DNA from: Perna viridis
Lineage: Eukaryota
NCBI GenBank assembly: GCA_037379345.1
Contig: CM074517.1
Span: 29,326,001 to 29,390,000 of the forward strand
Direction of reading: 5' to 3'
Length of the DNA: 64,000 nucleotides
Within the stretch, counting starts at the first letter, position 1. The number at the start of each line of letters is the position of its first letter. The translations under genes and the position numbers were made by a program. Below the pieces are notes generated by a model. That model saw nothing but the letters and a program-made list of their open reading frames with translations, was not told where the DNA came from and searched no databases. Below, piece after piece: positions 12,286-25,890 of this stretch.

Positions 12286-14289
12286 CCCTCAACAAGTGTT
12301 GTGTCTGTTGAAGGAACGACTTTAAACGATTTCTACTAAGGGGAGATAACTCAGGAAAACAGTGGTGCGTTCGACTTATTTCTTTAGAATCCAGACGTCT
12401 GTATTCAATCCTTCACAATTTTACATTCAATTAAATATGTTATTGCTGGATTTATACATATAACTAAAATATTTTTTTGTATTTATGTATAAATTTTGTT
12501 CAATATAAATCACACAAGTGTTGAAATGAAGCATTTTACTATTCGAGCGGACCATCATGCGAATAGAAACAAAACGTGCACAACGACACTGATTTGTAAG
12601 ATTTTCAGCGGATTAACGGTAAATACGAATTTAATAATCCTATAAATGATATTTGTTATCATAGAATGACATATTTATATATAAAACAACACTGGAACCA
12701 TAAATTTGCCCCTGTTAGAGACGTGGATTGTCAATATCGGCTTTCAGCTATTTCAGTCGGAAAAAGGGGGAGGGATATATTAGGTTCCACTCTCTAGATA
12801 TGCAACTGCAGATGATTTTATGACATTTTGTGGAATTGTGGAAATAAAGCTATTGAGACACCCAAACAAGCAAATCCAACAATTTTTACTTGTAAAAAGT
12901 CTATATTTTTCAAATCCTGACCTTTTCAAGGGCTTTTGGAGATCCATGAAAATGATATTATCTTATATTATATCAAAAAAATCTGTAGCTATGGTAACAT
13001 AATGGAAAAAATACCTGTTTTAATAACAAATTTTGGGTGCCTTCCCAAATTTTACAGTCAAAAGGCAGGTTTTCTAAAATATCAGGCACTTTAAAACTGC
13101 AAGGAAAAGTAAGCAGGCATGCTATTGTTGTGAAAAAAAAAAACGAAAAAATATGTGTACCTTTTTTCTGCCCATTTGTTCATGATTTTAATTCTTAAAG
13201 TTGTTGCAAAATTTTGCATTTTTAAAAGACAGCCAGCTGGTACACAGAAGAGAATCCACTGCAGCAAGGACCTGAATTATTATTTCCGGTTAGCTTTAAA
13301 GATACATTTTACCCCTCTTTATCTTGACAAGTATTGCATCTTTTAACATTCAAATGCCCAACATGCCACAATCAATATTTCCACCAAGTTTCACCATTTA
13401 TTTTTAAGTTTTACTAAATCAGACCGGGTCAACTTGGTTGACGAAACAGTGCAACTCAATCGTATCAACTTGGGGTCAGTACCAAGCTGGTTTCGCCAAT
13501 GTGTTAATTTGTCATGGAATTGTCTACGTAGTATGAAAGTTTATTAAATATTTACATTGTAGTGCTAAATCCACAGCATGCACAACAAAATAAATGTGAG
13601 TGACTCAGTCTCGAGTCTTTCAAAACAGCCATTTCCAATTATATACACATGTATACACTTATACATCTCTCTATGTACATAATGTAGTTTTAAATTCACT
13701 CTTATCGTTAATTTTAAGTTCGCTAGTTTATTTTGGTTTGGAAATCTTGTATAAATCATGCACAGAGAAAGGTGACAGTATCTTCAGTGTGTTGAAGCTG
13801 GTCAGAATATTGTAGAAGAAATAGAACAAACCCTTTAAATGTGCAATGTCTGTAATAGGAACTAGAACTTTTCTGGCAAGATCTGTTATGACTGTAGGTC
13901 TCTGAAGGTAACCTTTGCTGTTATCTCCAAGTCTTTTCTGGCTTTATTTAGGTGATGTCTATGAGTAATCCCTTTTGGGATTCGGTCCTGGAGATACATG
14001 TATTTTTTGTGAAGGATTGGTCATATTCGTAGTCGTCGAAACAAAAAATGTCTATAAATCTATAAATTGTGATGTGCCTGACTTGTGAGTGAAGCAATGA
14101 GTGGAAATCCTATAATGTTGATTTGTTTCAGTACATGTTTTACATAATATTGCCTGCTAATGGACAGTTGTGGAGTAGAATCGTTTTGAAATTTAAGGAT
14201 GTCAGTGCTAGCTTGATATGTAATTTACAAACTGTGTAAATCACTCCATCATATGCAGTATTCATTATTCATACATTTGAAAAGTCATT

Positions 14290-15320
14290 ATATGCAGGGT
14301 GTGAAACTCTTGAAACATTTGACAATTTCTCTGAAAATGAAATTAGAAAACTTACTAACCACTTACAAACCAAATCATGTGAATTGAATATCTTACCAAC
14401 TAAAATCTTAAAAACATATATGAATGAACTTTTGCCAACAATCACACGACTAGTGAATCTTTTGCTTTCACAAGGAGTTTTTCCTTCCAAATGGAAACAA
14501 GCAATAGTAAGACCATTGCTTAAAAAATCTGGGCTTGAACTTACATTCTCCAACTACTGTCATTCCTATCTGAATTAATAGAAAAGGCCACTCTTTATAG
14601 ACTGAACTAGCATGTAGATGAATATGATCTCCTTCCGAAAAATCAGTCAGCATACCATCAATATCATTCATATGAGTCAGTACTTCTTCGGCTCGTAAAT
14701 GACATTCTTGACGGCATGGAAAAGCAGGAGATCACTGCATTGATAGCAGTAGATTTAAGTGCTGCCTTTGACACTGTTGACCACAGCATTTTACTAGACA
14801 TCCATGCATCACTGTATGGTGTGTCTGACTCAGCTTTGTAATGGGTAGATTCCTACTTACGACCGCGTAGTTTCCAAGTTCGAGTAAACTCTAGCACTTC
14901 ATCAGTTCGTGACCTCAACTGTATGGTCCCCCAGGGAAGTTGTCTTGGTCCGTGTGCTGGTACAACTTTTGATGTTGTGGAACCTACCATCACAGTGTAT
15001 GGTTTCACAGATGACCACACAGCAAATAGACGATTCAAACCATCACCGAGTGAAGAAATCAAAGCCATTAATGAACTTGTTTACTGTGCCATTACCATCA
15101 ACAAGTGGATGAATAACAATAAATTGAAAATGAACAGTGCAAAAACTGAATTTATACTCTTTGGTAGCCGTGCCCAGCTTGCAAAATATACCACCACAGA
15201 AATTAATATTTGTGATGATGTTATTAAATCAAACTTGTATAAGGTATCTAGATGCTTTTCTTGACAAGTCTTTAGCGTTTGAAGAACATATAAAAAAAGA
15301 AATGCAATGCTCAATTATTT
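14290..15320 (+). mobile_element. Decayed L2/CR1-group LINE reverse transcriptase fragment
   Basis: FPSKWKQAIVRPLLKK, DLSAAFDTVDH, VPQGSCLGP, GFTDD, WMNNNKLKMNSAKTE across frameshifts and stops. Confidence 0.9.
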
Positions 15321-15765
15321 TAAGATCAAAAGTTTTCCCTTCCCTATAGGCTTGACCATAGGTCCACATCTTTAGAGAAATTAAAATGACTAGTAGGCGT
15401 AGTCATTTGTTGGTGCCATTGAAAACAAAATGTTTATAATTTAACCACAAAAACATTAAACAATATTTTAGAGCTTTTGGGAGTCGATCCATCACCCTTT
15501 AAAAAAAGTACAGCAAATTGGATTGCTTTTCCTTGTCAGATAAATACCGAGATCATTAAGACATTGTTGTATAAATTCAGGATTGTCTCCCCCCCCCCCT
15601 TCCGATCTTTTTCTAATTTGATTCAACTCTTGATACTTTTAATATTTTATGAAATAAAATGTTCTTAAATTTTATTCATTAAAAAATAGTAGAAATCATT
15701 CAGTGTATTTGAATCTTGTTGATTTTGCCAACAGTGATAATCGCAAATTTAATTGTTCCATGATT

Positions 15766-16365
15766 CCGGGTGTCAAAAGAATAGGCCTGCAGCAGCACTA
15801 AGCTTGTTGTAAAAGGCGACTAAATAGTGCTCAGAACCTTAGCCGGGGGCTAGGGCGCTCTGCCCACAGAGCAACTGGGTTGTGTGCCCCAGATGGTGGA
15901 ATGGGGTACCCCGGACGTGTTGCATGCTGGGGTTGTCAGGCTATAATACGGAAAACCTGACCGCAAACCATAGTGGTGCACCGTGTTGGGAAAGATGTCA
16001 CATTCCTCGCATGTTAAAGAACCCTGCTGTGGTCTTCGATAGGAGTAGGAACCCTTACAGTCCGCCACAGGAGGCTAAATTGCCCGACCTTACCCATCCC
16101 TCCTTATTTCTAGTGGCAATCAAAATTTGTCAATCTTATGATCCTTGTGTCCCATTCCTTTTTTCATTTCATCATCATTTCATGTTCATTTTATCATCCA
16201 TTTCATGTTCATCGTCTGAATATAGCTGAAATATTGCTGCTCGGACGTTAAACCCCAACAATCAATCAATCATTTTATCATCCACTTCATGTTCATGGCC
16301 TGAATATAGCTGAAATATTGCTGCTCGGGCGTTAAACCCCAATAAACAAACAAACAAACAAAACC
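15766..16365 (+). mobile_element. SINE-like family A, copy 2, with duplicated 3' end
   Basis: TSD GTTCCATGATT/GTTCCATTATT (15755, 16366); 3' ~80 nt present twice. Confidence 0.9.
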
Positions 16366-16423
16366 GTTCCATTATTTGTTTACACACGCGTTTCATTCCC
16401 TGACACATTAAACCCCCGGAAAT

Positions 16424-16640
16424 TGCCAATCAAAACATTGTATTATACCATTATAATAAACACACTCACCAATCGTATTGATTTATGAAAGGTATAGGTG
16501 ATTAATAAGCATGCGTAATTTGGAAATACATTGCCGATTTGTTATGTGTGACGCAAATTTGAATACATGGCGCACACCAAATGAACACATGGCCCTCATT
16601 TTGAGTTCATGACGCAAGTAAAGTAACACATGGCGCTGCA
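16424..16640 (+). promoter_or_regulatory. Promoter/enhancer-like motif cluster
   Basis: CCAAT at 16426 and 16469; TGACGCAA at 16549 and 16610; ACATGGCG at 16565 and 16628; locally raised CpG. Confidence 0.4.
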
Positions 16641-16824
16641 CCATTTACAAGTTGCATTTCTCAAAAGAAAAAATGACCATTGCCAAGGCAGATGTTGACT
16701 TGTTGTGTTCATTAAAAACTTAATGATCATAAACTTCAGCCAGAAGGAAAAGATTTCTTTTATGCATTGGAAATTTTATATGTCTTTTCATCCAATAAGT
16801 TACTCTGTTTTACATAATGTTAAT

Positions 16825-16928
16825 TTCCTTGAATGACTATTCACAATTATTTTGTCTTCCCTGAATGACTTTTCACAATTATTTTGTCTTTCCTGAATGA
16901 CTTTTCACGATTATATTTCTTCTATGAA
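16825..16928. repeat. 32 bp tandem repeat x3
   Basis: TTCCTTGAATGACTATTCACAATTATTTTGTC and variants. Confidence 0.85.
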
Positions 16929-19900
16929 CCTCTGTTTGTAAATTATGACAACTACCTGTACACCTGCATATATATATCTTCATTATGTTTGATTTCTATT
17001 GAGATTTTTATTTAATGTTCGTTTTTGCCCTCAAAAACATGTCTTTCTCCATTCCAAAGTTGAAATGGATTATTACCCCCACAAATTTAGTAGATCATAA
17101 ATTCCTGGTTATTTGCAAAACTACATATACATAGTATGTCCTAACTGCTTACATAGTTTCATGAAATTTAATGCAGTAGTTTCCGATGAGTTGCACTTAC
17201 AAAAGTGTGATTGACAGATGGACAGACAGACAGGCGAATAACACCAAAAACAATATGTCTCCTGCACTTCAATCCGTTTGTTTCATTAAGTGGCTTGCTG
17301 TATTATTTCTGCCCCTTGTTAGTTCCTGCTACAGGATAATTTTCCTTTTATACTATTGTAGATAATGATAAAACTTGCACAGATAAAAGTTTAAGTGACA
17401 AAGAAGACATAAAATCATTTCTGATGATTTGGAAATTGTTATAGTCAACTACACTTCAATATATATACACAATGGCTGTATAGATTTTTGCTCAAATTAG
17501 CCAGCCCTGTCAAAAAATTGCCAGTCTCGGGCTGGCCACTATTTCTAACTCTGTCTGCCATTAGACTCAAATTGGCAGAAAGTACATTGTACTTACATTT
17601 GTAAAACTTGTGTTAAGTGATCAAGTTAAGTGTGAAATTAAGTGGTAAATAATACATATATATAAAGAATTTATTGGACATGTTCAGATGTAGAACCAGT
17701 AGTGATTACATTGTATGTAGACAAATACAAAGTAGTTAATACAAATTTTTCTCATACTGTATAGTGGTCTAGATTTTAGACTCGTCAAATTTGTTCGGAA
17801 ACTTTTACTTCAATGAAACTTGTCTAAACCCTTTTGGAATTTTAAATTTGGTTCGGTTAAAACAGATGTTCTGTTTTCCAAGATTCAAAACAAAATATGT
17901 TTAAACTGATGTAAATGGAGTCTTAAAAGTGTCTGGTTTAAACTGGTTTTGTAAATATTTAGTGATTGACAGTAGTTTTGAAACAAGTTGTTTACTAGTT
18001 TGAGAGTCACGTGCAATAGGTACATGTACATTATTATCAGCCAGAACTCTTCACAGTGGATTGAGTCATGATTTTTCTCCACGTTTCATTTATTTTTTCT
18101 GTATAAAACTCAAATGATTTTAAACTTTTAAGAATCATTAAATTATAAATTTTGTTATGTAAACTGAAGTATTGAACTACAAGCATATATCAAAATGGTG
18201 ACTCCACTGTGACTCCACTCAAAAAGTAAAGAGTGGAGAAATTAAAATTAGTGTTGTCAGTAGTGTATAAACTAATTGATATGTACTCGTACAATGTCTA
18301 ACATGCTATTACTTAATTTGCATCTGAGTCATTCCTTCATGGACTTTCCACATCCTGATCTTATTAGCAGTCACATTACAGCTGTATGTAATCCTCTTTC
18401 ACTGGCTAACATACCTGTTGTGAAAAAAAACTTAATTAATTATCATCAGTACGAATAAGGTTTCTTCATGTACTTGTCCTTTAACATTATCCTTGTACAT
18501 TTGTACCTTTAACATAGCCTATGATTTAGAAATCAACTCTTTATAAAGGTCACATTGCAATTTCTCATGGTTGATCTTTCTTTACTGTACTTTCACCTAC
18601 ATGTACATGTTCTTTAGTATATACATGTACATGTATCATTGTATTAGTGTCTCATGTTAAAAGAGTTGCTGCTTTGTGTGTCATTATTAATATGTCAATC
18701 ACATCACAAGTGTAACTTAGAGGTTGAAGTTATAAGCCATGTAATGAAGTATTTTGGTTGATTAATGTTGAAAATTACATGGATGATCCAGGGGTTGGGT
18801 AGGCAAGGGGCCATGGGCCTTTTTCTCTTTTTTGCTGAAAATGGCTTCTTCAATTAAAAGAAAACTACATGGTTTCTTTACTATGACCCCTTCAGATTGT
18901 CAATATCTTTGGAAACTCATGAAAATGGCCCCTTCTCAAAATTTCCTTCCCAACCACTGGACTGATTTTTCTAATGTTATATATACATGTACATTAGTAT
19001 AGATACATGTTATTATGTATCATTTTATTTGATACTTTGAAAGAGCTGTGTTTAGTGTGTCAATTTTGATCAATGGAAAATTAACACCTCACACGAAGTT
19101 TTAACTTGGAGGTGAAAGTGTTAACCGTGAATGCCACAACCACAATGAGGTGTTATAAAAAAAAAACAATTTTTGGCACATTTGCCCATTCATTGGAAAA
19201 AAGTTGTTTATTTATGATGTGATGCCCACCAGTATTTATTTTTTCCATACAAATGTGTATGTACGTCCGTAGTGTTTTTATTTTAAATTGAGTCTTTTGA
19301 CACGAAGAATTGCTTGTACATGTAATTTCTCCCCCCCCCCTCTTTGCCCCACATACTTAAAGGAATTTCTATGTACACATGTAATGTAATATTAATTTAT
19401 GGTATTACTATTTCTCCACTCCTACAGAAAAACGGTAATGCTTACTTTTCTTATTAATTGAACCATATATATATAGAAACTGTCATGTATATCAGTATTT
19501 CAATTATAAATGATATATATAATATTAATAGTTCAATCATTAAATACTGTACTGATTTGATTATTAATATGCTAGATCCAATCAATATATCAGATTTTAA
19601 TTGATTGATTTTATCACATTTCCCGAAATTCTCCTTGTTTCACCATTGAATGTAAACATGTTTTTATTCTGTTTGAGGATCAATACTTTGACCTGATTTG
19701 AGGACAAAACTTGTTCAATATTTTCTTTGACCATTTGGATTGGGTAACCAGTCATTAGTCAGTATACATTATATTCTATTAATGGTTGAATAATTGTGTT
19801 TTGGACCCAGTCCATGCATGTGGTTTAGATGTTTACATTAAGTATTGGGTTCCAATCAGTTGTGTATTGCCATTGTGCCATATCAAGGGGGATTAATTGG

Positions 19901-19948
19901 TGATATTAATGGAAGCTAATTGTGCTTTTTTTTTTTTTTTTTTTGTAG

Positions 19949-20005
19949 AAATGACTGATTTGTGACAGTTATCCAGATAGGAGATCTGATGTATTTCAAG
20001 TCTTG
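19949..20005 (+). other. Candidate non-coding 5' UTR exon of IVNS1ABP (57 nt)
   Basis: Long T-tract+GTAG acceptor and TTG|GTGAGT donor; correct strand and position upstream of the ATG exon. Confidence 0.4.
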
Positions 20006-20699
20006 GTGAGTTGTATAAAAGTTTTATTGTAGAAATTGATTTTTAACAGGAAGGACCTGTCAATGATGATGGTCAAAGGAAGTTTGAAGTGAGCATTTAT
20101 AGTACGTCTGTTGACATTTAAAGTATAGTCATGGGAACAAATGTAAATGTTAACTTGTGCCATTACTTTGTGGTCAATGTTGTCTCTATTGAAAGATTGT
20201 ATAATTGACACTTCTATGAAGTGTGTGGTATAATCCCATCATATTTTAGGTCTAAAGTAGTTAGAAAATCACCATGTTTCAATGGATTCAGACATTTATT
20301 TTTTACCCCTGTCTTTCACAAGAAAAAGGGCTGTACAAATTGGCATGTCTTGTATTGATCATTGCACTCTCCCTTTTAATTATTATGAGATATTATTCAC
20401 CCTCCAATCTACATATAAGAATTTATACAAATGTACTATGGCAACAATATTATGACCATCTAACAATATGTGCCCCATATGGTACTGTTATCATCATCCA
20501 TGTCATTTGTTATCATCCATAGATATTTTGCTTTCCTGTGAAAACTTGAATATAAGTTGGGAGAACTTGGTAAAATTTAGCAACAAGGTTTCATGTTGGT
20601 CGATTTTAAGGGGTAATGGCCCACTACAGTTTCGGAGCTATGGGCAAAAACAAACATTTTATATAATTTAACTACTTTAGTATATAACTGGGGTTCTTG

Positions 20700-20920
20700 C
20701 TGAAAACAGACATGCACAACAAAGAACATAAAGTAACTAAAATCGTACATACAAAGTAACAAAAACAAATAAGCAACTCAGACTCCACTTAAAACTGAGA
20801 GCATGGACCAGGTGTATCGCTAGGGTAAGCATCCTCTGCTTTTCTAGAAACACCAACCAAGTTGCTCAAAAAAAAGAAGGAGGAAAGGAAAACTATGATA
20901 TGTTGAACAAATCAGTTTTC
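20700..20920 (-). mobile_element. Penelope-like 3' fragment, antisense
   Basis: Reverse complement matches ~60190-60425. Confidence 0.8.
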
Positions 20921-23900
20921 AGTTTTACATGGAGGTACGTGTATGACCAGAACATATTCAGAATGAAGCATTTTCTAGTTTACTAACAAAAACATGAGTA
21001 AAAGTGAATTGATCTCAATGAAGTTATACCAAAAAGGTGCCATGTGTACTACAAAAGGAAAGTTTTGATGGATTTAAAGGGTAACTGTCCTATTTTTAGG
21101 GCAATAACAGTCAAAAAGGGGTCAGATCTTCGTGTACATTTCTTATATCTTACAACTTATTCTACAGTTTTTAGATTACTTTCATCCTTATCAGAATCTC
21201 GGAAAACAATTTACCCCAATTTAAATTAAGAGCTGTGTATCAGGTTTGAATGTTGCATTCATACTCGTTCCAACTGCTTATCATACAAACTCTTTGGTCA
21301 TATCAGGCTGAACTTTTGAAGTATTTAATTGTACATGACTGTGTCTATCATGGGTAAAAAAGCAATACACAAGTTAAAAGTAGTCCAGTAAAGTTCTGAG
21401 GGTTAATGAATAAATAAAACTTTTTATATGCAGATCCACATCTTTGTCTGACATTGTATGTTAATATTATCAAATTATACAAAAACTGAAATATTAATTA
21501 TTATATAATGGAATTTTTGGGGTGATAACAGTTAATCACACAAAGTTAAGCAGCGCCCAGTAATACGACACATATTTTATACAAATGACTCTTTGACCTT
21601 GATTGTAATTGCACAACTTTTAGCTGTAAAACGGAAGAAACCTGTTCCTACCCTCGTCCTCTGTTGAAGATCTGGGAATTTTTCCACTTGTGGGAGAAAT
21701 TCTTTCCCTTTTCACTCATTCCTCTGCACTCCACTTGTCAAAAGACAGAATTTCTCACACTCGTGGCAGAAATCACAGATCATCAATAGATACTCATGTA
21801 AGAACATATTATTGTTTCATATACACTTGAATATTTTGAAATATCATTTCCAGGATTAATTGGCAAAAAGCCAACATCCCTTGCATACATGTACCGGTAT
21901 TCGTAACCCAACATCTGATTATAATCTTTCATTGTTCTTGGGGAAATCCTGACGGGTAATACAAGAAGTTGTTTAAAATTAATATTAACATGTACTTCAT
22001 GGTTTTTGCTGTGTAAATATTATTAGTAAGAAGTAAACTAAAGTAAGATGAATTGCTTTTATTGCTTTAGTTTAATTATGTTTTTTGGAGAAGTAAATTA
22101 GTGGATAAGATATTGTTTCTATTAATAGAAATATAGGTAAACTCTCTTTTTTTGGCTCAAGGTTTTGTTCATTTTAGACATATGTACTATTTCATGTAAA
22201 AATCATAAGGGTTAAATAAGTCATAAGTTATGATGTCACAATACTTTTTTTCCGACGCAGTCAGTGTAGTTTTGCTTTTTACCCTTAGACCTTAAAGGCA
22301 CTCTTCCATGGAAACACAAGTCACCTGCTCGCAATTCTGTTTCCCGATTGGCCAAATACCAATTATTTAGTGGCATTCGAAAAAACTGTATCGAAAATTA
22401 AAATTGGGTACCATGTGTAATTTCGGAATGAAATGTTGAAAATTATAAGTAATTGGAACAAATTTAATGCATGCGTCGACTATCTTTATTTTTAAAGATA
22501 GTACTTGTCTATTATGACATCTTAACTACCCGGTAATGACTAATTTTACACTCTTTTTTTTTCAGAAATTGGCCAGTCTTTTGATTAATTGAGAGTGATG
22601 CATATTAACTGCAGACCAAAAGAAGTCTGTTTTAACTTGCTTCTGATTTAGTCTGGGGTTTTAATGTATTCAGAATAAAATCCATTGTTACCTTCCAAGA
22701 TCAGTTTCTCTGTAGAGTGTTGTCTAACTAGAGTAAGTTTTTACCATGAGACATTTATAAATAAGTATACCCAGTAACTTTACTTTTAGGTTATTAGTAA
22801 TAAACAGATATTGATTTACTTTCAAGTCCTTCTCTGAAAAAAATAATCTAAAAGAGTATCTTCAGCCTGTACATCTCTGTCTGGCAATGCTTTATTGGTG
22901 ATATCATAGTTTTAAATGTATGTACTTCATGATAGCTTCATTTCAAAATTTAGATGGAAGTTATTAAATTTTTTTGCAAGGCTTTAGAATTGAGTATTTA
23001 CTGATTGAAAGTACATTGTTTTCACTTCGGTAACCTTTGTGATTATAAGGTAGCATGCTGGCTTTGAGTGTGGGAGGTTAGATCATACAAAAAACTAAAA
23101 TAGGTAGTCACTACTTTTCGTTATGACTGGTTGGATCTGAGCCAGCATAGTATATGAGTTTGAGTGGGTAGGAGGTGCAAAAATCAGTCAACGACTGTCA
23201 CCTCCAAGATGCTGACCTTTTCTCTGGCATATTTATCAGATTTTCATGAAATTAAGTGTCCTGTTAATGTAAGTCATACCTATTACTTAGTGCATACAAA
23301 CTAAATCTATCAGGAACAGACTAAATCATACTAAACATAAAGGAATAAGGCATTTTCATGTTTCATACAGGGGGTAGTCCAGGTTTTCAGGGAGGTGGAG
23401 AGGGGTCATGGGTCCAGTATGTTTGCCAATCAGGGGGCATTATTGAAAATCAAGATTTTGTGCCCAATGGAAATATCATACTTTTTCTGACATCAAAGGA
23501 AGTGTTCAGGACTTCATGGTTGACCTTATCCCTTTGAATATTGGCCTATGACCTAAGACAATGCATTGTCTATATCTTATTCTTCAATTTTATAGGAACA
23601 AATGCAAAACTTGGCTCAGAAAAAATGAAGATGTTCTATCTTTAGCTTGTATTATATATAGATTTGATCTATTAAGTATCTTAAACTTGATTAAAGTCAT
23701 GCTAAACTTAGTCAAATACACTACATTTATTTAAAAATAGTTCTAGAGACATTTTAAACAATTCAGGATATGATATAAAAGGATGTGTTTTGCCAAAGAC
23801 AAGTAGAATCGACAATTGATCTTTATCTTAAGCGAAAGTTGAATCTTAAAAGGAAAACCTGAATTTCACAATTGATTGAATAAATAGATTAATGCTTGTT

Positions 23901-23963
23901 TTATTTTTTAGTACTGAGTTCTTTCTGATGCTTTGGATCTCTTTCAAACACTATATTTTTGGC

Positions 23964-24287
23964 TTAAGTGTAAGTGTTTGTAAGAATCAGGCAAAATGGG
24001 AAAAATCAGAAACGTGTATTTCAAAACCCCACCGATCTGACAATGTAGACCATTATTTAGTTTCTGCATCACTGGCTTTGCTCAAAATATTTTCAATAGA
24101 ATGTTAGAAAATTGAGGTTTTTGACAGTCATCTGCCCTTAAAATGGCCATTTTCAGTGCATTTCAATGAAATTTAAACTCAATGCACTCGATGGTACAAA
24201 TAATCAAATTAAACTATCAAAATGATGTTGTTTTTTTTCATACCATATTTCACACACTACCTGATTTTTATAGAGACTGACACTTAA
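23964..24287 (-). mobile_element. TTAA-bounded MITE family C
   Basis: ~30-bp TIR TTAAGTGT(A/C)AGT...TAAGAATCAGG; homologues at 30596, 42938 and 51364 are in the opposite orientation. Confidence 0.8.
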
Positions 24288-24999
24288 AAGAATTGTAATA
24301 CATATTGCAATATTGGCATTCCTGTCCTGTTAAAATAAAATCAATCCTTTGTAGTTTTTTATGCCTCCACTACAGGATGGGTGTGGTGTGTAGTTTTCCT
24401 CTTGTCTATTGTTCTGTCAGTTTGACATTGCACAACAAACACTTTTTCTCAATATTTGCTATAACTGAGTAGATTCTTGGTATGTCATTGTGATATGTTT
24501 TTTTCTCCAGTAACAGTAGCATGATAACCTCTGTCTAATCATCGTTGTTATCAACACCTCCATTCATAATTAATCCAGTAATTTGTGGTTTTTATTACCT
24601 GAATATCAGAGAGAGATGTACTCTAAGGAGAAATGTCAGGAATCTGCTGACTTGTAGATTTAAGTGTTACTTGGTAATTCATTTCTTGTACATGTAACAG
24701 TCATTTTGGCATCTCAGTTTGGCATTATCCAGTATTTGGAGCACCTCTGTCAGGGGGTAAACTTAAAAGAAACCAAATTTTGTAACACTGAAAACAAAAG
24801 CAATGGAAGACCTCTACCATGTGTACTCTTGTAGAGGTAAATAATTATTTTGATTCATTTCTTGTACATGTAAGAGACATTGTGACATATCCAATGTCTT
24901 AATTGCAATTGCCATGGCGGCCGAGTATGTGCAAAACTCTTGGCTGGTATGTTTTACCCACAGAAGCCAAGTTGCTCACAATTCCAGGCGGGTCACAAA

Positions 25000-25890
25000 A
25001 TAAAGAGAATTGTCACTAATCTACAGTTCATTATGATTATACATAAAATACATTTTACAGGATGAAAAGTTATTTTGACCTGAGAAAATTACGAAAATTC
25101 ACATATACGGTGCGCCCAATCAAGTTATCAGATTCCTTAATACGGATGAGATCCATATGGCACAGGGGAACCACACAATAGGCATCAACAATCGAGGAAT
25201 TCTCCTTATAACGATAACTTCCTGTTAAGGCAAGTTACACTATCGTCAACAATATACAATCTACCACCTCGGACCATTGTCCGGAACTCAATAACTTCCT
25301 GTTAAGGCAAGTTATACTAACAACAATAATTCACAATAATCTCGGACCATTTTGCGGAACCTCGCAACATGTTGGCCGGAATACGAATACTTCCTGTTCA
25401 GTCAAATATACGTCAAAACGTCAAACATTATCAACAAAAACGAGTTATCTACCAGTTACAACAAGTTGCAGCTCTCAAAAGCAATATTCCTCTTGCATCA
25501 CTTGTCTCCAAAAACACATCCCTTAACCACATAGAATAAATTTGATCTTACATTCAGTTTGCAACTGTATATTCCTAAACATTAAATCTCCAATCACACA
25601 TCGCCCCTTCGTTCCTTTTCTCATCTCCTCATTCTCTTTTTTTGGCCACCTATCCCATTTTATTCCACTACTAAATTTCTATCTTCAATCTTTTTTAAAC
25701 TGAAAATCAAAGCCCTTATATACTGTTCAACACCAATTTTACACCAACTATGCACCAACTATTGTAATTATCATATCTTACATAACCACCAATTCAACAT
25801 CAACTTAGCACCAATTTCCAATTAATCAAAAACTTTGTCAACTACTTCAAACAACATCCTAACTTTATACTGTACTTCATCACCTTTCCT
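25000..25890 (-). mobile_element. Probable antisense retroelement remnant with ~77 bp internal repeats (25210-25400)
   Basis: Abrupt switch to A/C-rich + strand within a T-rich intron; (A)ATA(A)CTTCCTGTT three times; no intact ORF. Confidence 0.4.

Noticed and set aside
12985-12998. X-box-like GTAGCTATGGTAAC as a promoter element of the divergent pair
   Set aside because: Imperfect match within sequence that looks transposon-derived; no independent support.
15805-15850. Pistol ribozyme in the SINE A head (GUCGU..GCGAC-UAAAUAG resembles the pistol 5' half)
   Set aside because: The conserved UAAGC...AGCG segment and a correctly placed P3/GU/P2 are missing, and AGCACTA/TAGTGCT explains the flanks better.
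20059-20116. C/D box snoRNA (TGTCAA/TTGACA stem with ATGATGA)
   Set aside because: Box D reads CTGT instead of CTGA, the length is short, and no guide sequence is recognisable.
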